Positions 11,904 through 24,366 of a stretch of DNA of 64,000 nt are shown here, piece after piece. Numbering within the stretch: the first letter of the stretch is position 1; each line of letters starts with the position of its first letter. The position numbers and the translations under genes were made by a program. The stretch lies in assembly GCA_965113315.1 (NCBI GenBank), contig OZ220368.1; one strand, 5' to 3'. Source of the stretch: Podarcis vaucheri. Taxonomy: Eukaryota. The notes under the pieces were generated by a model, which was not told the origin of the DNA, did no database searches, and worked only from the letters and a program-made list of their open reading frames with translations.

Positions 11904-12147
11904 GAAGGGTTTGGATTTGATATCCCGCTTTATCACTACCCGAAGGAGTCTCAAAGCGGCCAACATTCTCCTTTCCCTTCCTCCCCCACAACAAACACTC
12001 TGTGAAGTGAATGGGGCTGAGAGACTTCAGAGGAGTGTGACTAGCCCAAGGTCACCCAGCAGCTGCATGTGGAGGAGCAGAAACGCGAACCCGGTTCACC
12101 AGATTATGAGTCTACTGCTCTTAACCACTACACCAAGCTGGCTCCCC
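11859..12147 (-). mobile_element. tRNA-derived SINE with (TAA)n tail
   Basis: Head GGAGCCAGCTTGGTGTAGTGGTTAAGAGC on minus; TSD GTATTGAGATA at 11848-11858 and 12148-12158. Confidence 0.85.
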
Positions 12148-13769
12148 GTATTGAGATAGTGATTGTCAGGAACTAATCTTACCAGCAGGCTGCTTCTTTG
12201 TCATTCCTTCTTTCATTTCCCAACTCTTTGACATGCACACTGAGAAGAATGGGAGAAGCACACCGTCCATTTACAAACCATCAATTTTTATTTATTTGCT
12301 TTATACAAACTTGCAAGGTACAAATGCATTTATTTGTTTTGTTTTGTTTTCCTTGTGTGAGATTTTGACCTTTTTAAGTAGCTACATCTAGAACAAATGC
12401 TGCTGGGAGGGGAATATTAAGCAAGCTGCTGCAGATTTAATTACTGGAAAGATTATTCCATGGTTTGGTGTGAAGAACCCCAAGCCACTGACATACTGTT
12501 TTTTAAAATCACAGACTGCTAATTTTTAAAATTGTCATCATCTAAGGTCACTTTTATACAAAAGAAAGACATCAACATCACATTGCTTTTTTGATAGTTT
12601 TTTTAAACCTAACACAAGCAAATAAAAATAAAAATTGCTTCAAATAATGTGCATAAATAATGTAGTTCCTCTTGGTTACAGGTGTTGCTGGCATATGAAA
12701 GTGTTGTTAGAAGAGAAGGGAAAACATGTAAAATAAAACCATTTAAAAACATGTTCCACAATACTGTAAAACTGTGATGCGAAACGCATTCTGTTGAGAG
12801 CTCACAGCTTGTAACCTCAAAACACTTAAAGTGACATGAGCAATAATTGGTCACAGACTCCACCTAGCTATTAACTGAGCAGAGGGCTGGTGAGGGGTGA
12901 TGGAGAACATTCCTTGACATCCTTCGTGCCATTTTTAAAGCCTTTCTCAATTGCAAGAAAAGAAGGGGGAAGGGTAATTGGACCTAGGATCCAAAACTTC
13001 CTTGACAGAAAAATAGGCAAGAGGCTGCAAAAGGGGGCACAGTCCTTGCTTCATTCCTTTCTTATGTGAACACTGGTTGAATGGTTTCACTGACACCTGT
13101 ACCCTTTTGAGGTGACCTCCACATCTCTCAAACAGATACACAGGTAGAACCACTACCTCAAGAGGTGGAATAAGGAGGCCTACTTTGATGTCAAGGGAAG
13201 GTCAATCCCAAGCCGACAAGCTTTCAAGAGGCTAATTTAGGCCTCTCTTTGACTCTTGCTTATCTAATGAGCTGCCACCATTTAGAAAATGTCAAGGATT
13301 CCTTCACAACAAGGGAAAATGCAGGTCACATCTGAAGGATGTCTCTCTCCCCAACAATATTAAGGGGAAGGGTAGTAGGGAAGGGTAGTAGCTGGGAGAG
13401 TGATCATGATGGAGAGAGACAGGATGAAATCCAGCTGCTTTGCCACACAAAAACACATTCACGTGAACAAAAAGTATAAAAGAAGAAGTAGCATTGACAC
13501 AAAGTAGGGGGAAAGCCACCTATATTGCAAGAATCCCCATGGGATAGCTGCGTACCAGCAAGACAATCTTTGCGGTCCCTGATATGCTACAGTCCTACTC
13601 ATCTTCCTATAATGTACCTCCTGGGCCAGAGCCTCTATGGGCTTAAGTCAACAAATGAGCCATTGCCAAACAGCATCAGCTGAGGACTGGTCCCTGACAT
13701 ACAAAAGCAACTGCCGTACCCCACAAACAAGGAAATAAATGCATCATTCCTCTAAATTGACAGCTTACA

Positions 13770-13855
13770 TTTATTTTTAAATAAATTTGCTTTCAATAAA
13801 AGCAGAAAATATATATATTTATTTAAATATGTCTTCTTTTATTTTTTTATTTTCT
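13770..13855 (-). terminator. Cluster of AATAAA polyadenylation signals, probable PLEKHA6 3' end
   Basis: tttatt on + at 13770, 13818 and about 13838-13851 in AU-rich context; further candidates near 12287-12335. Confidence 0.5.
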
Positions 13856-16762
13856 TAATTATTCTGATAAAACTGCCCAAAGTGACTCCATTTCAGTAAC
13901 TCAGTGGCAGGGCTGGCTTCAGTGGCCCTGTGCACTGAGAGAGAACATAAGCTTGAAACAAAACAGTTTAGTGAGAAGAGGGGAAAAACAAAGATATAGA
14001 TATTTAGCACACATCACTGTATAATTTCCATAAAACATATATTAAGGCATGTAGAGGATAATGAAGGGACAGTTTTTAATGAGCTAACATGGGTGCTACT
14101 GCAGGAGCAGAACCAATAATTTTTAACATCATCATCCTGGAATGTTGAAGGAGAAAGAAAGGAACAAAAACTCTGATTCCCTGGAGTGTTCTACATATTG
14201 CCAAAAGGATCATTTAAATAACAAAACAGACTTCATCATTTCATTGGACAGGGAGGTGGAAAACATTTCTGATTTAGGGATAGCCTGCCAAGAGTTTTCC
14301 ATTGCGTTATATGACAAAGATCTTGTTACTTGCCAAAAACTTATCATTCTGGTCAATATCAGTTGAGGTGGATTTTCAGAAGCGTCAAGGAGGAAGCTAA
14401 CCCCAAGGTGGGAGATTACGAGGTGGAAGCTTGTTAAAATGAACGTGTGAAATGGACACTAATAAAATTCACAGTGCAATTTTATCTATGTATACTCAGA
14501 AGCAATCCCCCACTGGGGTGGGGAGACAGTTTCTGTAACTGTCCCTTTTCATTTCATGAACAGGGCTCCTATCTCCTGGATCTGTGGTCCTTTAGTGTTT
14601 TTGGACTACAACTTCCAGCTTCCCTAACCATTGGCCATGCTGTCTGGGGTCAAAAGGAGTTGGGAGTCTAACAGCACCTAGAGCCCCCCCCCAATCCCTG
14701 CCTCAGGAACAAACTGGACTTGATGGTGGTAGGCCTGTTTCTTGAAATTTAGGACTTCCCAATCGTGTATACACAGATTCCAATTTAGCGCACTAAATAG
14801 TGCATGTGGAGTGGAAAACCGAATACTCTGCTCCACTTCAGTTTATCTTCCCTGCAGTCTGCCTCCCAGCATCACTTTTCGTCTCACTAGAAATAAGTCA
14901 GCCCAGTAGAGGGAAAAGGGCTATGGGGAAGGTCTGGGAAGAGCTCTCAGCTCCTCTCACCTGTGCAAGACTTTTAAAACTGGGACTTCTCACTCAGCCA
15001 GGTTTTAAAGGAGATTAAGGCAGACCCACATTATAAGAGATGGGTCTGTCACTTTCACATTTAGTTTAGTTCTGTACACTGACCTGTCATCTGCTGATTT
15101 AACCACATACATTGGATACTGAACTTACTCCTAATTGACCCAAGGTAAGGAAAGCCTCTTAGTATCTAGAGCATTGTACTGGGAGGAAAGTTCAAAACCA
15201 TTCTTTTCTGTCAAGCCAACCTTTTCATAGAACTACAACACTGCAAAGAGCATCACTTAAATAAGATTATTTGAGACAGTATTCAAATTATGGTGGATAA
15301 CATAGGTAGGGCTTGGTAAAATTCAGAGATTCTGCTTCTACTTCTCTCTCTCTCTCTTTGGTCAAATCATCCTTCCTGCCCCCAAACCTTCTAGAAACAA
15401 TATCTAAGAGCGCCATGACCTAAGGGGTGGGAGATCAGCCCACCTTGTAGCTTGAGCAGTATCTTAGAAAACTAACTCATGTTCAGTCTCCATCAGCCTT
15501 GATTATATGGTTTTAGAATGGCAGATTTTAGAAGCCACAGCAGTATTGCTCCAATAAATATAGAAAAAAGATCCCCCAGTTTTGATGCACGTTTGACTAA
15601 AACTCATAAATACATTTATGGACATGCTTATGATAAAGCCAGGTCCAGAATGAAGTTGCTAACTTTTTTGGTGAATGTATAAGCATTTCAAATCAACCAA
15701 ATTGCCACCTAGAAGTTGAATCTCAATTTAAAGTGTCAACCCTTCAAGGAAACAATCAAACAAAACATTGAATGAATGGGAATCCAGCTTTTTAAAAACA
15801 AAATAACCAAGACCCCATCTGAAAATCCAGCTCAAGGGAATTAAAAAAAGAAAAGCCAGCTGCATTTTTGTGTTCTAAGCTAGAGTTAGAACAATCTGAG
15901 TTTCTTTCAGAAAGATTTGAGACAGAATGAAGGAACCAGCTTGGGAAGACTTTGTCCAGCTTGACCTTATTTTTGGTATGAAGCAATTTCATGTGCCTCA
16001 TGATGGCCCAACAATATTTTGAGTGTAAAAACTTTGGCCCACAGGGTCCAAGTAGAAGTAAAATTCTTTCCAAAAGGTGTGGTGTGAGGCAGCCCATGCT
16101 TTAATGTTACATCTCTCTGGGTTTGCTGTGCAATGCCCTATCCACGCCTGAGTGCTATGCTGCAGAACTGCAAAGCCCTTATTGCAAGTTGGTGCCAGCT
16201 TTAATGCAGAGCTTGACTACTGTTAAAAAGGTCTAGGTTGTCTGGTGAAATATATATGTCCAGCCCATGGATCACTAGAGAAGAAAGCATCCTCCGAGAG
16301 CATGGAAGTTGACTATCATGGCCCTAAATGATATTCAGATAAGCCTTACCAGGTATAAGTCCCCTTTCAGAAGACAACTGCAGGGCGAAAGAAGGTCCAA
16401 ATTAGACCCTCATTCTGGTAAGTTTCCTGGCTAGGTATGAATCAGCACTGTTTGAATACGTTTCAAGAGAGGTTTGGTTGGTATTTCTTGAGGTCTGCTA
16501 AGTCCTCTCTCTTTGCCTGCACCTCTGGCCAATCTCTATTCTGAGCTGGTTCTGCTCTCAAACTACTGAGAAACTAATGAGGGCTCATTTGAGGTGGTCT
16601 GAGCTTGGAGCAGGTGCATCACTAGTCCTATGCTCTTAATATACGAGCTCAATTGCTCTGAAAGGTCACGGCAATGATTACTGCACCCTTCAGAGAGGAG
16701 ATTGATGAAGGCTGCAGGCGTCTGTGTTTGAGAGAGAACTCTACTTCCAAATCACCTACAAG

Positions 16763-16914
16763 CAGTGCTTTTCTTCTGGGGGGGATGCAGGGGGACAGAT
16801 ACCCCTAAACAGTTTGTGAATCTAAGTTTGGCCTCATTGAGGGGCAGAATTTCAATATGAGTAGGAAAATGAGAGTACTCCTAAACATTTTTTTTTTTTA
16901 GAAAAAAAGCACTG
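16763..16914. mobile_element. hAT-type MITE inside the PLEKHA6 3' UTR
   Basis: TIR CAGTGCTTTT / AAAAGCACTG; 8-bp TSD CCTACAAG at 16755-16762 and 16915-16922. Confidence 0.85.
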
Positions 16915-18317
16915 CCTACAAGCTGTTGTGGTGGGGAATAAAGCAAGAGGATACATGATGAACATCAGGGGTCTTGCTTCAGTCCCCCCTCCTCCCCTCC
17001 TCCAGTAGCCAGGAGAGTTTTGCTTCACACATTCCATGGAGGCTGATTCATGGCCCATCCAGTCTAGTTCAGATCTATATTCCATCTAGTCCCCTATCAG
17101 TTTTCATCAGCAGTACCTGATGGTGCAAGCGACAAGTGCTTGGTGAACACAGTGATCTATCCAGCACACAGTTTTGATCCTATTACTTGAAGCCCTGGAG
17201 AAGCCAGGAGGAAAATGCTCAGTGGCACTCTCCCGAGTTGGCTGCGATGTGAGAAGAAATATCACCCATCCAGACCCAGTTTTGTTTTTTCTTCCCCTAC
17301 AGATAAAAGACAACCTCTCTGGGTTGCAGAAAGCATTAAAGCTTCACCTAGTGGCGAATCACAGCCAACTAAGCTTTTCTAACCTCTTCCCTCCCCCATT
17401 ATATCTTCCGCCCGCACCCCTAAAACATGTCCACATACATTGCCCGCACCTTCCATTCCATCCACCCAACCCCTAAGCTCAGGAAAGAAGAAAACGCCGG
17501 CCCATCCCAGCCACAGCAACATCCTCACAACCCTAGCAAGATTCCAAAGCCACTTGGGGTCCCCACACGGTCAACCTTCTGTCTTCTGCCACATCCACAA
17601 AGTTCTGTCCATCCATTTGTGCTTCCTTGCTGTCTTTCCTTTTCCTGTGAAAGGCTGTGAGCATAAGCAGGGAAGCGTGGCCGTGCACGGGTTGCTTAGC
17701 TCCACAGGCGAAAGATGCTAAAAGCCATTCTGGTTGGCAGAGGAGAGACCAAAGGGCTGTGTGTGTGTGTGTGTGTGTGTGTGTAAGGAGGGAGAAGGAA
17801 GAGGAGAAGAAACATCTAGTGCTCACTTCAGTAGAGGGTTATGAATTCCCTGGCTGCAGATACAAAGTCATTCTTCACACAACCTTCCTTCCCTGCTGCC
17901 GGCACTTGCAGGCTATAGAGCTCCAGGAGATGAGCTACATCACCTCCCAGTCTTGCTGCCAGCATCCCTTTTCTGGCTCAGTGCTGCCTCTTTGCCGAGA
18001 CACAGCTGTTCTTTTGCTGCTGGTCCTTAGCCTTGGGAGTCTGCTGCACCTGATACAGAGGACCTGTCTGGCAAGAATGGAAACGGCTCCTGCACTATAG
18101 CCTGCTGAACTGTGGGCAGTTGGTACAGGCCATATCAGCAGCAGCAGTGGGGCAGGAAGAAATGGGACAAAGGCAAATGCCATCCCTGCTCTCCCTTGAT
18201 GGCAGCTATTCTTTCCCGAAAAGTTTCCACAGCTTGACTGAAGGAGATGGGTGTGCCAAGAGAACCCTAACAATGACCACGCGCGTTGTTCAGCGGTTGG
18301 GGTGCAGACGCCGTGGG

Positions 18318-18370
18318 TTAAAACGTGGCTCCGTGGAACTTCACAGCATTCACAGCAGCCAGGGCCTGTG
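18318..18370 (-). CDS. PLEKHA6: PLEKHA6 alternative C-terminus at the start of the last exon (AQALAAVNAVKFHGATF*), used if exon 20233-20353 is skipped
   Basis: CTGAC branch point, long pyrimidine tract and ttccag|; open in phase 1 for 17 codons to TAA. Confidence 0.72.
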
Positions 18371-20240
18371 CTGGAAGAATAGGAGAGAAGAGAAGAGAGT
18401 CAGTGACAGTTGTTAGAACCTAAAGTTGTGGGCCTGTTGCGCAGGCCTTTGACATTTCCCTCACAGCAGGCTTGAGGGATTTGCAGAGGCTGTGAATTTG
18501 CTAGATGCGCCTTGAAGGAATGTCATAGTGAGAGGTTTCAATGACATTAACAGCTTTATCTTTCTCTCTGGGAGCTCTCTCAAAGCCTTAAAGGTCTTCA
18601 CCAAGAAAGGTTGGGTCAAACACATGTCAGTCAGAGTTCTAGCACACAGTTCAGAAGCACACTCTAAAGTAACCTTTCCCAACCTCAAGATGTTTTGGAC
18701 TACAGCTCCCATCAGCCTCAGTCAGCACAGCCAACCTGGAGAGCATCAGGTTGAGGAATACCACTGTAAGAATTTTTGGTCTGTCATTTTGGTCTGTCAA
18801 CCACAGATGATGACTAGACTAACAGCACAATCTTATATGTGTATAGTGGGAGGAAAGTCCTACTTTATCAAATGGGGCCAATGCCCAGGCCATTGTCCAG
18901 CCTAAAAGATGGAGTTGTGGCTTATCATAGATGCCCATCTCCATCTTTGGGTTCAGTTCACAGAAGCAACCTAATGTGTTATAGCCACAGAACCTGTGGC
19001 CTTCCAGATGCTGATGGACAACAACTCCTGTCATCTCCAACCTTTGACCAGGCTGGCTGGAGCTGATGGAAGACTAAATCCAACAAAAAAATAATATTTC
19101 CATAGCTTTGTCCAAATTTTGGATGTTCTGTACCAGTTGGTTTGTGAAAGGAGCAGCTATGGTGTCCCTAATGGTGGCACATAGCAGTTCAGCTTAACAT
19201 CAACCATTCCTTTAGTTATGAAGTGGCACATTGGGTGGGTGGGTGGGAAAACTGTTATGCTAGCTTTCCAGCAGGTTGGTGGCTGTTGCTTTCTGGGAGG
19301 GAGAGGGATGAAGTGGTGGGGTGGTCAGTGTGGTGCAAAAGCACTGGCAGAATCAACCGAGTGCTCCTGATGGTGCATTTGCATCATGCTAACCTTCCCG
19401 CGGCATTGTCCTTCCTCTCCCAGTAAGCAACAGCAACCTACCTGCTAGGAAACCAGCAGCCCTGACCTTGCTGCTGCCCTGCCCCACAGAAACACCACCC
19501 TAGTAAGCTGTAGTGACACTGGCGTTGGGATGGTGGCTCTGCCGCTACTGCTTTTGATTTCCCTGATTAAGCTTATGGCCTTTTAAGAATAGAAGTTGCT
19601 GGGAACTGCAAGTGAGCAGAGAGCTGAAGTGTTCATGCCCAGCTTGCAGGCTTCCCACAGGTCAGCCACTGTGAGAATGGACTGTTGGACTAGATGGGCC
19701 ATTGCTCTGACCCAGCAGGTTCTGCTTATGTTCTTAACTTAAGTATGTTGTCTGATTTCAATACACCCAGTGTACTGAGAAAATACACCCAGTGGCATGT
19801 TCGGGCCCAGGCTATCTACTGTGTTCATGACATGACCAAGCAGGGTCTCCTGGGTCCATACTATGAGCTACAACAATGTGCTCATTCAAGAATATTCTCC
19901 TGGTTTAATTGGCACGGGGAATCATTGCTCATTGAAATAAGGTCACTTTGCCCCAGGGACTCCAGAACAAAGCATGGCACCTTGATTCACCACAGAAGCA
20001 TCTTGCCCTTAACTCTGCAGAAGGAGACTGAACTTACACAGCACAGAAGAAAGGGTTACCTTAGTGGATCTCAGTGAATGGATGGATTGGTGAGGAGAGG
20101 AGATGAAACTCTTGGAAAAGAAGCTTACCACTTCTTTTCTCCAAGAGACCAAGGCATATAGAGATATGAAATGAACATAGTAAAAAAAGAAAAGAAAAGA
20201 AAAGTAAAAGTAAAAAAAAAAGAAGTGCTTACTTTATGGC

Positions 20241-20353
20241 TCAGACACGCATAAAATGGCTGTCGCCGCCCTGGGATGAATCAGACGAGAGGGACTTGGT
20301 CGGTGGAGTCGGGGAGGCTGGGGAGGTGGGAGGGCTCGGGGTGGCACACTGAG
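20241..20353 (-). CDS. PLEKHA6: PLEKHA6 stop-containing exon (AQCATPSPPTSPASPTPPTKSLSSDSSQGGDSHFMRV*); exon continues 8 nt past the stop to a donor at 20233|20232
   Basis: ttccag| acceptor; resembles human C-terminus VQCATPSPPTSPASP...YTMRV; TGA gccataaa|gtaagc. Confidence 0.94.
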
Positions 20354-22724
20354 CTGGAAACAAGAAATGGAGACAGGGTCTGAAGAGCATACAGAAATGG
20401 GAAGCAAAGGCAAGGAAACACATTTCATAGAGCAGCCTTTGACAACCTGGTGCCTTTCAGAAGTTGCGAAACTACATCTCCCATCAGTCCCAGCTAGTGC
20501 TGGCTGTGGCTGGTGGGGGTTGCAGTCCAATAACATTTGGAGGGCACCAGGTTGGTGAAAGCTGCCATACAGCAAAGAGGGGTTAGAGGAAAGGGAATAG
20601 GAAGCATGATCAGAAATCACAGAGTGGCACAAAATAGCTCCCTCCTTGTGTTATGCGTGTGTGATTTCCACTAGCACTGCACAGAGACAACCACACAGTA
20701 AGGCAATGATGGGAGCAGCACACCATTCATCCTGTAGGGAGGTAGACACACCACCTTGTAGGAAGATGGGCACCCTACCCTGCCATGTGATTAAAGGAAG
20801 GCTGAATTATAATTTTTTTGCTTGGTGTCTCATCAGAAAATAGCGCTAAGCATTAATATTCATGTGAATGGAATGCCTTCATAGCAGCCCCGGAAGGTGC
20901 AGCTATTCATGATAGATTCTTTAGACCAGACGTGGCTTGAATAATAATAATCTCCCTCCAGCCTCCTGCACAAGCCTGGCCACAAAGCAAATAAGTCAGC
21001 ATTACACAGCAGCTTCTTCAGCAGCCAGAGGTAGCTGGGTAGTAGAGTGCAGGTGGTGGGAAATCCATCAAATGCAATGATAAACACACAGCTAGCAGGT
21101 CCCCAAGCCATTTTCATCAGGCCATGAACCCCATTGCCAGCTGCCGTGTTTGCCGTTCCCACAGCAAAATTGCATTCCTGCATTTGAACAGGGAGGTCTC
21201 ATAGGTTGGCGCTGCACTGTGTGAAGAAACACTGTGTTTTGTTTGTCGTGAATCTCCCGCCATTTGGCATGACCCCGGTCTCTTACTCTTTTCCCAGGGT
21301 TGAACTGATAGAAATCGAAAACGCTCAGAAAGGGAAGCAGCGTTACACATGGTATCTTGGACTCCTCTGGTATTCCCCTAATGGAAACCAGTGGGAACTG
21401 CCCCCTGCCATGCATGCACTAGCCTAGGACAGCAAACACATTGCTCTCCAGATGTTGTTGGGCTCCAGCTTCCATCAGCACCAGCCAGCATAGCCAATGG
21501 CCAGGAGTAATGGGAGTCATAATCCAACATCTGGAAGACACCATGTTGGCTGTCCCTGTACTGAACAGTAACACTACACCTCCAGGGAAAACATTCCATG
21601 CATCCTCTTGTGTGGGAAAAAGCCCCCAGGTCTTTTTTCTTGCTTAGGCAGCCACTGCAGCAGCAGCAGCAGCAGAGGAAGAAAATGTGCAGGCCAAGGA
21701 GAACCTTATTTTCTCCTCTTGTTAGCCATCTGGTTGCCCCTGCAGCCATGCACAAGCTCATCTAATGCCATCATTATAGGGAAAATTGGAAGCTGTGCCC
21801 ATCAGCACCAACAGCAGCAGCTGGTAATAGCATGAAGAGCTAACTACTTCATCTTACTCAAGACCTAGGTTTAGGAAGAGAACTGGACCTCTTTGCACTT
21901 GGCTCACTGGGCAGGTATGTGGTCTTCCTGCCTAAGCTTTAAGCTAAGGCTTCCGCCACTCAAGATATGCTGAATTATTCCCGAGTCCCTCTAAATGGAT
22001 GGCGACCTCTCAGTACTTTGGGCCACGGAAACTGGGCTGCCTTTGTTGGAGGGCCCTGCGTTGCATTAGCTAGTTACCTGAGGTTTTTGAAAAAATGGGA
22101 AGCAACTGGTTATTTTAAGACCAGCTAAAAGAATGGGCCAGCTTTTACATAATATAGATATGCATGGTATATATTTAATTTGCTAGAATTGATGTTTCCA
22201 CACATCACTTCAGGACCCGTAAGTTTATGCCAATTGCCAGGCATTGCTCCTTAAGGGCTGCAAATTAAAGGAGTAAAAAAAGAGGACAGCAAAGTTCAAT
22301 GTAATGCATGTCACTGCACAAGCAACTTGACAGCCGAGACCAATTAATATATGTCTGACATTATGTGGCACTTGGCAGCAATGATGCAAATATGCCCCTT
22401 TTGATACATCGCCACTAGTATAAAAGCAAAGCACTGCAGCAGCACGTCTGGCATTGCAAGACAATTCTCTGGCCTTTATAAATCACTATAACTAATTTAA
22501 AGCAGTGGTTCTAATTTACACCGGCTAGCATGCCAGCTGTCAAATCCATCTTATTTTGAAAACCTTGCCTGCACAAGGGAATTACGTAGTCATCTGTAAT
22601 TCATTTCTACCATGACTTATATATCCCACACTTAAATGCAGAACTTGCAGAGGGAGGAAAAGCCTTTTGTTTCTTTGCGGCTGTATTGCTCCACTGCCTA
22701 ATCTTCCTTGCACCAGTACCTTAC

Positions 22725-22867
22725 CTGAAAGCATGCGGCCCCGTCGGGAGGCTTCTGCAGCCAAGGCGCAGGAGATCTCTATTCGCTTCTCCTGTTCCTG
22801 CAACTGGGTTTCTGGGTCCTGGGTCACGTCCACTTCTCCCTCGTTGAGGGGGACCACATTCTGCATG
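22725..22867 (-). CDS. PLEKHA6: PLEKHA6 exon, 143 nt (SMQNVVPLNEGEVDVTQDPETQLQEQEKRIEISCALAAEASRRGRMLS)
   Basis: ttgcag| and G|gtaagg; phase 2/1. Confidence 0.96.
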
Positions 22868-23693
22868 CTGCAAGAGAGGGAATTTGGGGTTATTACCTGC
22901 AGCTGGCTGCCCCAGGACATGTTTTGGCTACAAGGGAGTTAGCACTCAAAGAGGCAGATCAGTGGGATAGGAGAAGCATTGATAGATGGTACACACATAC
23001 AAACATCACTATTCCCTGAAGAGGGGCCACTGCAAAAACAGCCCCATGAGAATTAAGCATGTTCAGTAGCCACAGAATAGTGACTGGTTAGAGGGGAGGA
23101 ATGGAAAATAGGTGGAAATGGAATGGAGTATCCTCAGAGAAGAACAGCTGAGTGATAGGAAGGAATTCTGACAAATATGGAAAGGGAAACAAAAATTGCA
23201 GCAGTTCGAGTGCTCGTCTGTACTCAAGAATGGAAATCAGTCAAGCAAATTCAATCAGTATTTGTTCACATAGTTCCACAAATGATACGTATTTTATTAT
23301 TTTGTTTTACATTGTTTTGACATTTCCTTTACAATGACATGAATGTATCTTATGTAAATAGCTATGTGATTTATGGAAATTGCCAGCTTCTTACATCCCT
23401 TGTCGTAGGTTATCTACAACTGGCTAAGCTGTACAGCTTTTCTATTGTATTCAAAAAATCTGGGCTTGTAGGTGGGGGAGAAATAGAAGCTAAGCAGGGA
23501 AAGCATGGGAGCCGGATGTTTTGTTTACAATGTCATGCAGATGCCCTGTTAAAAGTGAGTGAACAGAGCATGGCTATTCCTCAGTAAATGCCCATGGAAA
23601 AGCAGGCATAGATTGATGATCAGTGACTGGATGGCATAATGAGAAAGCAAAACATGTGATGTGGGCGAAAGAAGGTTCTGGTCTGCAATGCAC

Positions 23694-23827
23694 CTGGATT
23701 TGGCAATCAGCGTCTTTATCCTCTCCACTTTCTTTTGCTTCTCCTTCATCTCCTCTGGGCTCAGTGGAGTATCAGGTTCCAGCTCAATGTACCTTTCTGG
23801 GATGAGGACTTTGTCTGGGGTGGAAAG
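23694..23827 (-). CDS. PLEKHA6: PLEKHA6 exon, 134 nt (LSTPDKVLIPERYIELEPDTPLSPEEMKEKQKKVERIKTLIAKS)
   Basis: cttcag| and AG|gtgcat; phase 0/2. Confidence 0.96.
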
Positions 23828-24047
23828 CTGAAGAGCAGAACGAGACAGACTGTGAGCTGAAAAGGTGGCAATGAAGATTAACTGACATAATAACCTTTCT
23901 TGAGCATCCAACCCTTGGCCATGATACTATCCACATCTATTTCTAATAGAAGTTCTAGATCAGATCTCACACAAAACACCCTAACTCTGAATTGGGCTAC
24001 ATAATTCTCTCCAGATTGTCCCCTTGTCTGTCCTGGCATCTTGACAT

Positions 24048-24129
24048 GAAGAAGAAGAAGAAGAAGAAGAAGAAGAAGAAGAAGAAGAAGAAGAAGAAGA
24101 GTAGTAGTAGTAGTAGTAGTAGCAGTAGT
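24048..24129. repeat. (GAA)n followed by (GTA)n microsatellite
   Basis: Seen directly. Confidence 0.95.
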
Positions 24130-24366
24130 TTGGATTTGTTATCCCGCTTTATCACTACCCGCAGGAGTCTCAAAGCCACTAACATTCTCCTTTCCCTTCC
24201 TCCCCCACAACAAACACTCTGTGAGGGGAGTGGGGCTGAGAGACTTCAAAGAACTGTGACTAGCCCAAGGTCACCCAGCAGCTGCATGTGGAGGAGCGGA
24301 GACACGAACCTGGTTCACCAGATTACGAGTCTACCACTCTTAACCACTACACCACACTGGCTCTCA
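24053..24366 (-). mobile_element. Same tRNA-derived SINE family, with compound (GAA)n(GTA)n tail
   Basis: High similarity to 11909-12145; ATGAAGA direct repeat at 24046-24052 and 24367-24373. Confidence 0.85.

Larger units (their letters stand above)
13750..18370 (-). other. PLEKHA6: PLEKHA6 last exon / 3' UTR (about 4.6 kb; may extend to about 12280)
   Basis: Strong acceptor at 18371-18372; repeat-poor sequence; AATAAA cluster on the minus strand at 13770-13855. Confidence 0.65.
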
